DNA of 64,000 nucleotides from Squalus acanthias (lineage: Eukaryota), in NCBI GenBank assembly GCA_030390025.1, contig CM059432.1:135100001-135164000 (forward strand), written 5' to 3'. Below the pieces are notes generated by a model. That model was not told where the DNA came from. It saw only the letters and a program-made list of their open reading frames with translations, and ran no database searches. Shown piece by piece: positions 24,037 to 37,944 of the stretch (position 1 is its first letter; each line of letters opens with the position of its first letter). A program made the position numbers and the translations under genes.

Positions 24037-25563
24037 GGCCGCGAATTTAATGGAGGAGGCGGGACAGCTGGTTTCCGGGTTCCGGTCCCGCTCCCAGCTG
24101 CATCCGCTCTGCAGACGTGATTTTACCTTGATTGGCCCTGTGGGCTTACTGGCCAATTAACAGGAAGCGGGTCTGATGATGTCATTTGATGACGCGTCAT
24201 CAGCCGGTTTCCTTAAAGGGACCACATCCACATGGAGTTTGACAGTTGTTCTGTCAGTGTTTGACAGTATTGAGGTGCTGCAAACACTGACAATCACTGC
24301 ACAAAGGTGAACGCTTGCACCCAGGCTCTCCAATGACTCCCTCCATATGCTTATGGAGGGAGTCACAGCACGCAGGGAGGTTCTCTTCCCTTCCAAGGTC
24401 GGAAGAGACCTCCCCAGGACACCAACTTACCTTGAACCTCCACCCAACCCTCTCTATCTACTTTATCACTTCCCCATCTCATGCCACCCCTCACACTCAC
24501 CCTCATCCTACTGCAAGCATACCAACTAACAACACACAAGGGTAGGCACTTGAGAGGTTTAGCCAATGTCCATGTGAAGTTTCTGGTAATGTGTTGTCAT
24601 ACAGTGAAATCTCTTTTTCAAAAAGTGCCCGTTATTGGACAGATCTGAGCGCACCTTGAGAAGTGTCTTACTGAGTTCCAGTGATTGTTCAGTCATAACT
24701 ACCACCGCCCCCCCCGCTATAGTGATAAGTGTGCATAGAATGGCTTGGACATTAAAGGGATGCTTCACAGTGCTGGTGTGGGATGGTGTTAACCTGGCGC
24801 ATCATGTGGCAGCCAGGGTTTACAGCATCAAGTGAAGAAAGTCTGGCCATGGTGATGCCATCGCTGGCCTCCCGGCCAGCAATGTTGTCAAGGGCTGATG
24901 CCCTGTGTGCAGTGCAGCATCAGGTGATGGCGGCGGAGGTTGGTGAGGAGATTGATGTTGGGGCTGATCGTGGAAGGATTTGGAGGACCACGGTCTGATT
25001 GTTTCATCGGCTCCGATGTTGCTGCAATAGATGGCAGCTGCAGGTGAGATGACAGAAGCGATTTGTCAATGGTGAGAGAGGTTTTTCCAATGAGGTGGCA
25101 ACATACAGTTGGATCTAAAAACTTGCAAGCAAAAGAAATCTCTATATGTATTAAAAATGCAGTAACCAACATTTTCTATGCTCTGAAACTCACCATCTGC
25201 AACATGGCATCCTTTATACCACTTCTGCAGCTGTCAGCTTTTCACAAACATCAGAGCAGACTCAAAACACGCCAGGTTGAGCTGGCGTGTTCCCCAAACA
25301 GCGGATAACCAGTGGGGGAGAAGGTAAAATTACAAGTAAGCCTCAAAATACTCTTAAATTGGCTCTTAACAAGCCATTTAATGAGCTCAAATGTCTCCCC
25401 CACCACTTGGTGTCGGGTCAGTTCTCCGCTGACAGACCCGACACCTGGGAGACTCGCGTGGAGGCGGCTTGACAGCGGGTTTCCTACCCGCTGTCAATCT
25501 TTGCAATTTTGACGGCGGACCCGCCTCCAAACCCGCCCCCTCAGCGCGGTTAAATTCGCAGCC
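24037..25563 (+). mobile_element. Harbinger deletion derivative
   Basis: TIR ggccgcgaatttaa / ttaaattcgcagcc (13/14), TSD ATT/ATT. Internal homology to 2408-3461 and 14559-16308. Confidence 0.85.
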
Positions 25564-26539
25564 ATTGTGTACAAAGCCATTTTATTTTTGTTAAATGTTT
25601 ACCGTTTCTGTTTATTGAATTGATGCCATAGTTTAGAATAATGACGGGGTGATCTTATTGAAACGTATAAAATTCTTAGAGGGCTTGACAGGGTAGATAC
25701 TGAGAGGTTGTTTCCCCTGACTGGAGAGTCTAGAACTAGGGGGCATAGTCTCAGGATAAAGGGTCAGCCATTTAGGACTATTTCTTATGTTCTTATAGCA
25801 GTGGCACATGATAATAAATGCTACTAGTTTTGTTCTTGAAGAAGTAGTTGCTTAGATCTGATGTCTGTAATAATATGCATCAATCATTTATCTTTGTACA
25901 CTGAACAGTCAGGGCTGCATACAGAGACTGGGATTGAACAATCATGTCCCAACATTTTTTTTTTGAGTAATGCAAGTAATATATATCCTAATGCAATTCA
26001 GAAGTACATTAAAATGCCATCAGTCCTGATTATTATTAATAACACTACGGCTTCTCTGGCTTGCAGCTGAAATAGCTCAGGTTTTCAAGTGTACAATTTA
26101 TGAACCTTTAAATGGATCCTGCCACCAGTCTCGGTGGTTGCTGATCAATTTAAAGCTGCTTTACCTCATAATACACACCCATAAAATACTGTGATATAAT
26201 TGAAGAAAACATGGTCATTTTTTGTCGTCGTCTTATTGACTTGCCTTTTATTTTTCTTTAAAAAGACTGTTCTGCTTAAATGTCTATCAGTGACACTTCT
26301 GAGGTCAATCTTTTACATTGTTTACAACAACAATAACATCCTAGCATTCACTGCTCCCATCTCAACAAGCAAGATCAAAGGCTCCCTCTGGTGTCCGAGC
26401 CAGCTTGCGTTTATACTGCCATGATACCAATTGTTGAAACCCGTAAGCCATATGCCCGAGGTGCTTTTGTGGGTGGGGTGACCGAGGCTATACCCCAAGG
26501 TAACACTGGAATGGACACGGCAAACAGTGTCCATGACAG

Positions 26540-26984
26540 TGTCAGCTGTGGCTCAGTGGGCCGCACTCTCGCCTCTGAGTTTGTGGGTTCAAGTCTCCAC
26601 TCCAGAGACTTGAGCACATAATCTAGGCCGAGACTCCCAGTGCAGTGCTAAGGGAGTACTGCCCTGTCCGGGGGGAGGGTACCATCTTTCAGATGAGACG
26701 TTGAACCAAAGCCCGCTCTCGAAGGTGGACATAAAAGATCCCATGGCAGTATTCGAAGAAGAGCTGGGGCGTTATCCCCGGTGTCCTGGCCAAAATTTAT
26801 CACTAAAACAGATTATCTCATCATTATCAAATTGCTGTTTGTGGGAGCTTGCTGTGCGCAAATTGGCGGCTGCGTTTCCTACATTACAACAGTGACTACA
26901 CTTCAAAAGTACCTCATTGGCTTTAAAGTGCTTTGGGATGTCCTGAGGTCATGAAAAGCACTGTATAAATGCAATTCTTTCTTT
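26540..26984 (+). mobile_element. Deu-domain SINE
   Basis: Homolog of 23102-23585. Confidence 0.83.
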
Positions 26985-27853
26985 ATAAACCCAGATTTAT
27001 ATCAAAGTACAATAACCCTCACTGTAACCCACTCTAATATACCACGTTCTATGATGTAGCACAGTTCACTTCTGGCTTCTTCACCAATAGTCAGCCCACA
27101 TAAAAATTCTCTTTATAACATCTATTCCTTTTTGTTTCACATTGGCCATACACCACAGGAGTCTTGTCACTTGTCCTACTGGTCCTGGGGGATCATATGC
27201 TCAACCAGCAGCATGTGATATCATAAAGCTAATTATTGCTAAGCAACTAGGCTGTTCATGCCCTCTTATAAAAGTCGGCCAGTGTACCTCAGTGACATTT
27301 TATTTTCCTCAGCATCAATATTGTGTCCTTCACTTCCTGATAACGTTTCACTTCTGCATCTGCCTATAAGTAGAGAAGTTTTTCTCCCACATAGGTTTTT
27401 CATCAGTCCACCTATCCTCTTGGAACAGAAAGAAGAATATAATAACAGCAAGAAGCTACAACCAGTAAAAATGTCACAATGGCTTAGTCAAACCCCAACT
27501 ACAAGGTTTAAGCATGGTAAGGAATGGCAAAGCCCATTTCTAATGATTGACTAACAAATGCCTGCCTCTGAAGCACAATGATAATGATTTTCATGGCATA
27601 CCCATAAGGACATGGCTCTCCAACTTCAATCTTTCAAAAACTAAGAAAAAGCTCTCAGTAGGATAAAATGTCGTGAAATAATTAACTCCATCAGCCTCTG
27701 AATTTTCTCCAACGGCTGTCTCCTCATCAAAATTACCAATAATAAACAGCACAGTTGTTTCTTCTGGCTCAGTTTCTATTCAATAATCTGCTCCAGATAA
27801 ACTGTCACTACTATTCAGTATTACAAATATTTCAGCTCATATCACCACATGGC

Positions 27854-28754
27854 GGGGGAAAAATTCAGTTGGTTGCGCCTCCCGTTAGTGCCTTAAGAGG
27901 GCGCTAATGGGGCGCAAAGCAACTAGTGCCCGGGCACGGCGATGTTTGCGCCGCTCGCGAAATTAACTAGACATTTTGCGGCGGCGCTAAACACTACCGC
28001 CACGATCTCCTGCGCCGGCAGATCGTGACGTCAGTCGAGTGCGCAACGCCCCGATAGCGCCCCAGAGCCGATATTGAGTGGTGCCCCCTGCCTTACCGCC
28101 TGCCGCTAACAACGACAGGTCGAGGGGAGCGTTTTGCAGTCAGGAAGGGACTGGGGGAGCGCTATTTAAAGGCAAACGCTTCCTGCCTTTTTTTGTTGGT
28201 GACATTTTTGCACCACGCATTCTGAGAGAGAGAGAGAGAGAGAGAGAGACTTCTGGAGAGATTCAACGCTGTGTGAAGGAGTTTTGGGTACTGAGCAGCA
28301 CTTTGCAGGTTCATTTTGATTTGCCCTTCCTTGCATCTATTTAGAAGAGACTGTGGGGGCTGCACTCTGAGCTCTTTCCCTGGTTCTCTCCATTGTTCTT
28401 TCCAGCAGATTTGATGTACAGGTCTCTCCAGGCCGATATTCAAGGCTGCAATGAGCAGGATGTGGATGGAGAGCAAGATCAACCCCCCCCTTTAAGTACT
28501 GGCCGGGGCCATTGTGTCTCTGTTCCATTGCTGACTGACATCACATGAGCTTCGCCAGCGCTCCGAGTTAGCGCCTCGCTCCTCGGCCTTTGCGCCTTAA
28601 GACAGGTGTGAAGCGCCTGATTTAGCGCTCCAATCACCTCCAGGGGCGATAAAACCCAAGTTTGCAGTCGGAGGCGATAATTAGCGCCAGGCGCTAATCT
28701 TTGCGCCCGGCCGATAATTGCGCCCCAAATGGGGCGATACTGAATTTTTCCCCC
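27854..28754. mobile_element. Harbinger-type MITE inserted at the start of a CR1 tail fragment
   Basis: Perfect 15-bp TIR gggggaaaaattcag / ctgaatttttccccc. Flanks GGC/GGA interrupt the CR1 motif accacatgg|agt. Same family as 62521-63231. Confidence 0.82.
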
Positions 28755-29329
28755 GGAGTGTTTGAGGCGAATAGCATAGATGCATTTAAGGGGAAGCTAG
28801 ATAAGTACATGAAGGAGAAAGGAATAGAAGGATATGCTGATGGGGTTAGATGGAGAAGGTTGGGAAGAGACTCATGTGGAGCATAAACACTGGCATAGAC
28901 CAGTTGGAACGAATGGCCTGTTTCTGTGCTGTAAAATTCTGTCTATGTAATTCTATGAATACTGCTATAATTTTAAATCTCAGCCCAAGTTTATCTCAGT
29001 ACCAGTTCCCTTTGTATCTCCTCTATGTTTAACTCCAATGAAGCTTCAAGCTTCCATTTGTAGAATGAAGATGACATGGACATGTTGTGCTTTCCTGCTA
29101 CTATAGTCTCCAAATTGAATGTGACATCTTGTGCAGCTCGAAGCTATGTCCCCATGCCAACACCAACAGTCAACTCTAAGCTCTCTTAACATAAAACCTC
29201 CTCAACACCCCTCCTACCCTTTCTTTTGTTATCCAGGGAATTCCTAATTTTTAAGCTGCTGCATTTTGGTACGGGTGGAAATTTGTGCCTGCTGTCCTTT
29301 GTGCCAAAATTCCTGATATGTACTCCTGG

Positions 29330-29800
29330 CACATGAGGCTCCACGCTGGGAGCTTTTCAAATCTACCTTGGGATGTTAACTCTATGTTGTGTTACTGGGA
29401 ATACTTGTTTGAGGTTGGGCTGAAGCCCAGTTCTATTAGAGTTAAGGTTGTTGCCAGTTCAGCTTTTCGTGAGCCATTATTTTCTGGTGTTGTTATTTTA
29501 TTCCATAAAGGCTAGCTGAAAATTATGCCCAGGTCGACGTCCATTAGTTCTGAATTGGAAGCTGAACTTAATTTTACAAAAGATAATATGCACCTATTTG
29601 AACCTATGAGTTCCTGTGATTTCAGATTAATTTCTTGGGAAAGAAATGTTGTGGCATTAATTTCAGCATGTAGAGTCAGTGATTTAAAAGCCTCATTCTG
29701 GGCCTACCTTATTTTGTCTGCTTCCCGATCAGGTCTCAGCCCAACTTCCTACCCAAGATAGTCTCTCACTTCCATTTAAGGCGGGAGATTATTCCAAATG
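29330..29800 (+). mobile_element. Decayed DIRS-type retrotransposon tyrosine recombinase fragment
   Basis: Interrupted frames give GLKPSSIRVKVVASSAFR...LFHKG, FEPMSSCDFRLISW...VALISACRVSDLKA and NFLPKIVSHFHL, matching the DIRS YR pattern (GLxxSTIKV..., FEPL...LLSWK...AITSARRVSELQAL, FLPKVVSxFHL). Confidence 0.75.
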
Positions 29801-32800
29801 TTATCCTTCTGCAGTGTGAGGAGAATGCGAATGAAGGTGATGGATTCACTACATGGAATGGTCTTCTTCATTCTTTGAATGGAAGCATTCTTCATACGCC
29901 ATGTGCCCTCCCATTCCCACAAGCTCAGATAAAGGCTTCTGGTTACAATTAATCTGTATCATACAGCCAAAGTTGAAAATCAACTTGATGCCTTGATATG
30001 CTGCCTTTTATAAAGGAAACAAGGGGCCAATAAGCCAGGAAATTATTGGTTAGGCTGGAGGTTGGCAAACATGACACATCCCTCTTCAAAAAAAGGAAGC
30101 AGAGATAAGACAGGTAATTATAGGCCAGTTAGTCTTCAGTTTTTAGTATAAACAATTACAATCTATTAATGCGAGATAAAATTGCTAGTAACTTAGAAAA
30201 ACATGAGGTAGTGAAAACCAGTCAGTACAGATTTCTAAAAGACAGTTCATGCTCAACCAACTTTACAGATTTCTTTGAAGGAATACAGATAAAGAAAATG
30301 CAGTGGATGCGGTCCATTTCAATTTTCAAAATGCATTTGATAAGGAACCATGTAAGAGAGTTATGGCAAAGGTGATGGTAGAAGAATTTAGGGGACAACA
30401 TGGATGGAGCGATGGTTGGAGAGAAGAAAGCAAATTTATCAGAATGGAAAGATGTGCTGAGTGATATTTCATTGGAAGTCAATAGAAAGGAAAATCGGGC
30501 GGGGTGTAAAATGGGGCTGCTGATTCATTATCGCCCGTTTGGCTGCGAATAGTGACATCACTATTCCCAGCCAAAATGGAGATCATTGGGTATTTCCCCC
30601 CTCAATTACCCTGGAAACCGCACTGCTGCAAGCGACTAGGATTGATTTTATGCATATAATTTGTATTATGAAACTATCCTCCACTCACTGGATTTTGCTG
30701 GAGAAATCACCCTGCTTTTATCAGGAGAAATTGCTGCAGTTTCGGTCATGAGTTCTGTTTGCTGTAGTTCGTAGAGACTCTTTTTAAAATAGACTCTGTA
30801 AACAGACTTTGTTTGCTTTGCTGTGTGCTGTAAAATACACTCGTTTGCTTTAAATCCTGCCGTAAGACCAGCCCCACTCCCAACACATTGGCTGGCATAG
30901 TGGTGTCAACAGACACTCCGGTGGGAATAGAGACAATTATCTAGTGCACAATAAAGAACAGATAATAGCTTAAACAAATGGGTGAAAAGCCATTGAGGTG
31001 TATTAGCATGAAGTATCAATATCTTCATTGACCATGAATCACTACAATGTGAAAATTCCTAACTTTAATTTTCACCTACTGATTGCTGCAGGATCGACAC
31101 AATCTGGGTTCCTCTTGGCCATTATCACTCTTTGTTCTCTGCAATGATTTTTTAAATTAAAAAAAAATAAGTTCCTAGACTATATTCCAAACAACAGTTT
31201 CTGCATTGCCGTAGGGTTACAAAGTGGCTTTCAATTCCTAATAATACAACCTCGGCTCCAGCTTTGAGCATAATATTACTCTGCCACTTCTAAAATCCGT
31301 GGGCCAATGGTTAACTTGTACCCTTAACTTGTAGCCACTATTTGCACAAATCGCTCTCATTAAATGGGTAATTTCCCAAGTCTGCACTACCAGCGAGAAA
31401 TATCATCCACTGGCAGCACATATCTCAAATTTGGATGTGAATTATGGTCGGAAAATTGTGGGCAGGATCAATCGAATTTCTGTTACTTACTGCCGGTGGG
31501 TGAGTCTCCTTGCCAGCAGCTCAGACTCCTAAAATGACTTCTTGTACCTGCGTACGTACATTGATGGAACACAGAATCTCCCTGTACACTGAAAATTCCC
31601 CACAATTTCAACTTTTCTGCTTTGTTTCTTGAAGTGAGATTATGTCAGCATATTTTTGAGCTCCAGCTTCGATCTTTATCAGCAGCCATTAAAGTAAATG
31701 AAGGATCAACAATAATCAAGTGAAATTTCAGGAAATCATCTCACTTCAAACACTGAAAAGATGTTGAAATCATAAGGTGCTCTACACATCCTGTAAATAC
31801 GTTAGAGTTGTGGTACAAATCTGGAGTCAAAGCCTGCCCAGATTCCAGAGAAATGGTGGGCTATCCGCCGAAGGGGCTGATCACACTGCACATCCATTCG
31901 ACACTGTGTGAAGTGTAATTCCAGTGTGAATTCAGACCAGGTTTAAAAAGTGCCTCGGGGTCCCTTGGACGTACTGGGCACTTTTTAAATCTACCTGGAG
32001 CTAATTTCAATATCTAAAGAAAATCGGGGATTGTCTCCCGTAGCTTTGAAACGTTTATGTTTTAATCACTGAGAGAGGAGCTTTGTGCATGTTTCTAACC
32101 ATGCCTGAGCACAAGAGTCAGCGTAGCAGCCAGCGTGTGTAAACAGGGTGCTGCCTGCCTGGAATCCATACTGCACTGGTTTAAAACAGTAGCTGTACTA
32201 TAAATGTAGCGGTTTACTTAAAGCTTCACAAAAATCTTTGTGCCAATGTACTCTTTTCTTGTCTCCCCCCCACCCCCTATAATCACAAACTGTTGGTAAA
32301 GTCACTTACTTCTAATTTGTTTTTAATTATAAGTATTGCATCTACCTATATGAATGCTGTGTTCTTCCAAAAGTTGCACACTCCATGACTTTAGCTAGTC
32401 TCAGTAGTTTCAGCATTACCTATTTCAAATCCAAACAATGTATGAACTCTAATTTTCAACACAGCCTACTAAAAAAATGCTAATTCTTTGCAATCATGAG
32501 GAAATTCTGGTTTCCTGTGATTCATGCCGATATTTTACTATTTTTAAAATTTGGAATCAATTACAAAGAGCTATTTGTTCTAATTCAACTCACTATTTAA
32601 AACGGCCTTTTCTATTATAATATCTTATTCTGTGGGAACAGGAATATTTAGACATTTTCTGAACAAAAGTAGGTGCAAATTATCGACAATGGACTTGTCA
32701 CAAAATAATAAAACACTTTTTTGTGTGGCAGCTTAAAACCAGCATGGGTTTCTAAAACAAATTTAAGAGGAATGAATCAATAGAGCAGATTACACGAGGA

Positions 32801-33502
32801 ACTCTCTCGCTGCTTTTTCTGGATTTTAAGTGATTCAACTGAGGGGAAACATCACCTATAAAATATATATAATTTACAAGGAATTAAAATGCAGCAACCT
32901 GATTGAAGATGAAGCTGACATCTACCAGCACTGCAGAATTTGAGAACAAGAAACTTATCTAAAAGCACAAAACATACTGCACATAAAAAGGTCTGTACAA
33001 AGTATTGCTTATGAATTAGCTGAACGAGTGCCGTCCATCTGCAGTTCCATGGTGTTTCAATAACAGATCTTGAACACTCCTCTGTTTGAAACTTTGGTCA
33101 TTGACTTACTGAGAAGTCAAAAACAAAGAGGCCAATTTTCAAGCCCTGCATTTCTCCAAGGACACTTGCTGATTCTTTTATCTGTAAATGTGTCTTGTGC
33201 AGAACTTTTGTAAAATATGCCTTTTAGGTCAGTGAATTGTGGAAATCTTCAGACAAAATTCTGCACGATTTAAAAGAAAACATCTTGGGATAATAACTAC
33301 TATGCCCAACCCCACTGGATGCAGAATGGTTAGATAAATAAGACAAGACTCCTGAAAAAGGAAGTCGAGCAGAGCTCTACCTTCCCCAAAAATATAGAGT
33401 GTGGCAAAAAGAGAATATTCATAGGACTGGGGAATGGGTGGTCCCAAACTTGCCTCCATTGTGTGGCAATCATTTGTACTATTTGCTGAAAATGAAAATA
33501 GG

Positions 33503-33965
33503 ATGGCAGGACTGTCGTATGAGGAGAGATTGGGTCGACTAGGCCTGTATTCACTAGAGTTTAGAAGAATGAGAGGGGATCTCATTGAAACGTATAAAAT
33601 TCTGACAGGGCTAGACAGACTGGATGCAGGGAGGATGTTTCCCCTGGCTGGGGGGTCTAGAACAAGGGGTCACAGTCTCAGGATACGGGGTAGGACATTT
33701 AGGACTGAGATGAGGAGAAATTTCTTCACTCAGAGGGTGGTGAACCTGTGGAATTCTCTACCACAGAAGGTTGTGGAGGCCAAGTCACTGAATATATTTA
33801 AGAAGGAGATAGATAGATTTCTAGATGCAAAAGGCGTCAAGGGGTATGGGGAGAGAGCGGGAATATGGTATTGAGATAGAGCATCAGCCATGATCATACT
33901 GAATGGCGGAGGAGGCTCGAAGGGCCGAATGGCCTACTCCTGCTTCTATTGTTCTATATTTCTAG
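33503..33965 (+). mobile_element. CR1 LINE 3' end (young, open frame)
   Basis: MAGLSYEERLGRLGLYSLEFRRMRGDLIETYKIL...NFFTQRVVNLWNSLPQ, with the canonical tail. Confidence 0.92.
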
Positions 33966-35131
33966 GATCTTTGGTGTCTAAGTGCAGTGATAGCCACATT
34001 GAAAGTTGAATATAAGTTAGTGCTGCTTACCATGTGGTGCAACACAATACAATATAGCAAACAGTGCACTTACACCAAATAACGTGCACTAAATACAATT
34101 TATAAATAAAATCCAATAATTTCTGGATGGCCTCTTACCATAGAAAATTACACCACATGGTAAGTTCCATACGCTAGTCAAGGTGCCCAGGAATGTTCCA
34201 AATGAAGAGAAAGAGGTGCAGTCAAACTGCATTCTTCATGTACATCTCTCAGTGGCTAATGACTGATGTGAGAAATATCCTACAACCGCTTTCCAGTCAG
34301 GAAATACTAGGATTGATTTTCCTGATCCATGCCCCAGAGGGATACCCAGTTCCCTAGGTGCAAATGGGGGCAAAAAGAGACAGAGGTCTCAATCGCAGGG
34401 TCTCCAACTTTTTTACGTTGTCCCGGTACAGCTGGGGCTTTCCTGCGAGGTGGAGTTTGCCCTTGCACCTGCTGTAGGCACAGGCCAATTAGAAAATGCA
34501 AATAAGGCAGGAGGAGGCATTTCTAGCCTCCTACCTCATATTCAGGAACCAACCTTAGCTGGGTGCCCCAGCGTAGTGTACCCAAAAAGCCTAGAACTGT
34601 GGCCTTCCCCCAGACCCTTATCGGGTGGAGGATCTGCAGGGTCTTAAGAGCAGGCCAAAGATTTAAGGTAGATCTTGGAGGTTCTGATGATGTCATACAT
34701 TGTGTGTGCATGTTATTGCCATGTGAATCCCAAGACTAAATTACGGGAGATCTACTTATACATATATTTAAAATCTTACGTCTGCACCCACTTCCTGTCT
34801 GCACATCTTGACTTCCTTTTGTCATATTTTTTGTCACAATTGTTGTGTCAACCTTTTCCTCATCACAAATTCCTATGTTTACATTTATAAAGGGTTTTGC
34901 TTATGTAAATTCATCACTGTTTACAAATTCTGGCCACCGGATTCCCACAATTCCCTCAAAATACTTCTGACAAGTTTTTCACTGTCATCTTTTTCTCAAG
35001 AATTGAAATATCTTTTTGTCCAAAGTAAGAGTTTAAATAAAACATATAATTTTAAAAACTATACATTTCGCAAGAACATGATTACATTTATCAATTGAAT
35101 TGGGCGTTAAATATTTTCATTAAAGTTTTTA

Positions 35132-35670
35132 CTTGAGTACTGCGTACAGTTTTGGTCTCCTTATTTAAGGAAGGATATACTTGCATTGGAGGCAGTTCAG
35201 AGACGATCCACTAGGTTCATTCCAGAGATGAGGGGGTTGACTTATGAAGAAAGGTTGAGCAGGTTGGGCCTATACTCATTAGAATTTAGAAGAATGAGAG
35301 GTGATCTTATTGAAACATATAAGATACTGAGGGGGCTTGACAAGGTAGATGCAGAGAGGATGTTTCCCCTCGTGGGGAAAGTTTCAGAATAAAGGGTTGC
35401 CCTTTTAGAACTGAGATGAGGAGGAATTTCTTCTCTCAGAGGGTCGTAAATCTGTGGAATTCTCTGTCCCAGAGAGCCGTGGAGGCTGGGTCATTAAATA
35501 CATTTAAGGTGAAGATAGACAGATTTTTGCAAGATAAGGGAGTGAAGGGTTATGGGGGGCGGGCAGGGAAGTGGCTTTGAGCCCAAGATCAGCCATGATT
35601 TTATTGAATGGCGGAGCAGGCTCGAGGGGCCAAATGGCCTATTCCTGCTCCTATTTCTTATGTTCTTATG
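35132..35670 (+). mobile_element. CR1 LINE 3' end
   Basis: LEYCVQFWSPYLRKDILALEAVQRR...YSLEFRRMRGDLIETYKIL, tail ttcttatgttcttatg. Confidence 0.9.
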
Positions 35671-35906
35671 TCTCAGCCTCTCCCAAAAGCCAGGGCTTGG
35701 ACTTTTGATATTTTTGCCCAGGGTTCCGAGCAGAATGTGGATTGTGCAGACTGAGTGTAGATAATTTCCCATTCAAATGCTCTGAGAGAATATTTTTCTT
35801 CATGTTCCAACAGCTTCTGCTTAGATGTTTTTCAAAATTATTTGAAAGAAGCTAGAGGACAAATTTCAAAATCTTTATTCAGGTAAAATTTATGCTTTTT
35901 TGAAAA

Positions 35907-36015
35907 GGGAGAGTGAGGGAGGGAGGGAGAGTGAGGGAGGGTGAGTGCGAGTGTGTGTGAGAGAAAGAGAGTGGGGGAGAGAGAGAGAGAGAGAGAGAGA
36001 GTGTAGAAAAAGAGA
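35907..36015. repeat. (GA)n/GA-rich microsatellite
   Basis: Direct reading. Similar tracts at 28224-28249 and 19920-20172. Confidence 0.85.
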
Positions 36016-36461
36016 ATGCCGATTAAAGACCTCTTTTGTTTTTTGTTATTTAAATTTCAGAAGTACTTTAAGCTCAGAGAGTGTCTTTCCTAATTGTATT
36101 TGCTTTATTTTTCAAAAAGAGAATTAGTTGAACTTTGAAGCAAACAGCCTCTAATTATCACACCTGATTATCACCTATTATGCTGAGAGTTAGAAAATGC
36201 ACACATTTGAATTGCTAACAGCTGTCAGACAGAGGGAAAAAAAACAGACGCTTTGAATTTCTGTGGGGGTTCTCTGACTGGAGTTTGGTGGAAGCTGCAG
36301 AGAAATGGTGTGAATTGCTAATTTCTAATTTGTCACTGCTTTACTTCGGGCCAAAGTGTGATACTAATGTGCGACATCTGAAGTGTGAGGCAGGAAATGC
36401 ATGCAGACATACAGTGGGCTCGATTTTAACTGCCTCCGATCGGTGGAAATGGGGTGGTAGT

Positions 36462-36721
36462 CAATTACTGTACATGGGATATACGGCACAGAAACAGGCC
36501 ATTCGGCCCAACCAGTCCATGCCGGCGTTAATGCTCCACTCGAGCCTCCTCCAGTCTTTCCTCATCTAAATCTAAATGGTGCCCCTAATTTTTTTTGGAG
36601 GTGCGTGGCCCCTTTAAAGTACTGTGTGACCCATTCACAGTTTCATACTAACATTGAAAAAGCTGGTCCCAGGTTACGCGGGACCAGGAGAGAGCTGCGC
36701 GGCCACATATAAGGAACGTTG
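36462..36721. mobile_element. hAT-type MITE carrying a CR1-tail insertion
   Basis: Perfect TSD GTGGTAGT (36454-36461, 36722-36729). Ends aaggaacgttg. CR1-like 3' tail at about 36470-36572. Confidence 0.72.
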
Positions 36722-36756
36722 GTGGTAGTACACCAGAAATATCGGGGATACAGATA

Positions 36757-37565
36757 CCGCCATTGTCTTCGGTCCCCACCACCAACTCCGTTCCCTAGAC
36801 ACAGACTCCAGCCCCTTCCCCATCCCACTGTCTGAGGCTGAATCAGACTGGTTGCAACCTTGGTGTACCGTTTGATCCTGAGCTGGGCATCCGACACCAC
36901 ATCCTCTCCATCACCAAGACTGCCAACTTCCACCTCCATAATATTGCCCGTCTCTACCGCTGCCTCAGCCCGTCGGCTACTGAAACCCTCATCCATGCCT
37001 TTGCTACCACCAGACTCGACTATTCCAATACTCTCTTGGCCAGCCTCCATTTCTATCCTCCAAATACTTCAGCTCATCCAAAACTCTGCTACCCATATTC
37101 CAAGTCACACCAAGTCCCATTCACCCAACACCCCTGTGCTCGCTACATTGGCACCCACTCCGGCAACGCCTCGAATTTAAAATTCTCATCCTTGTTTTAA
37201 AATCCCTCCATGGCCTCGCCCCTCCCTCTCTCTGTAACCTCCTCCAGTCCTACGACCCTCTGAGATCTCTGCGCACCACCAATTCTGGTCTCTGGCGCAT
37301 CCCCGATTCTCATCACCCCACCGTTGGCGGCTGTGCCTTCAGCTGCCTGGGCCCTAAGATCCAGAATTCCCTCCCTAAACCTCTCCACCTTTTTAACTCT
37401 CGCTCCTCCTTTAAGACGCTCCTTAAAACCTACCTCTTTGACCAAACCTGTCCTAATATCTTAATGTGGCTTGGTGTCAAATTTTTGTTCGATAAAGCTC
37501 CTGTGAAGTGTCTTGGGGCATTTTACAATGCTTAAGGCGCTATGTAAATGAAAATTGTTGTTGTT
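36757..37565 (+). mobile_element. L2 LINE 3' fragment
   Basis: AETLIHAF...RLDYSN...LQLIQNSA and FKILILV motifs, tail taaggcgctatgtaaatg...ttgttgttg. Confidence 0.88.
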
Positions 37566-37944
37566 CCTGTTTGCAATGTTGCCGGGGGGCCTCCTTACGG
37601 GAGAGCTGGGTGCCTGCCTAGTTCAGATAGAAGATTAATTCCAATATGGTAATTGGGGTCCAATGATGTACATTGGACCCCAACACAAATTTAGAGGTAT
37701 GAATGGACAGAGCATGCTTTGCCCATTGGTACCCAGCGCTGAGCGGCCTAACCAACGGTCCTTAAACGTATGTTTCTGTCCCCCGCACCCCCCCACAGGA
37801 TTTTTGTGGAGCCAGGAGGAGCACAGTTGCCTGCGTATATAATTTCTGGCTCAGCTCCGTGTTGGATCCATCCGGTTTGCCGCCACCCCAATTGGCGAGC
37901 TGCCTCTGAGTGCTGGCCAAGAGCTCGCAGATCACCAATCAAAT

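Noticed and set aside
33434..33874. 146-aa ORF as a host gene
   Set aside because: It is the C-terminus of CR1 ORF2 from a 5'-truncated insertion.
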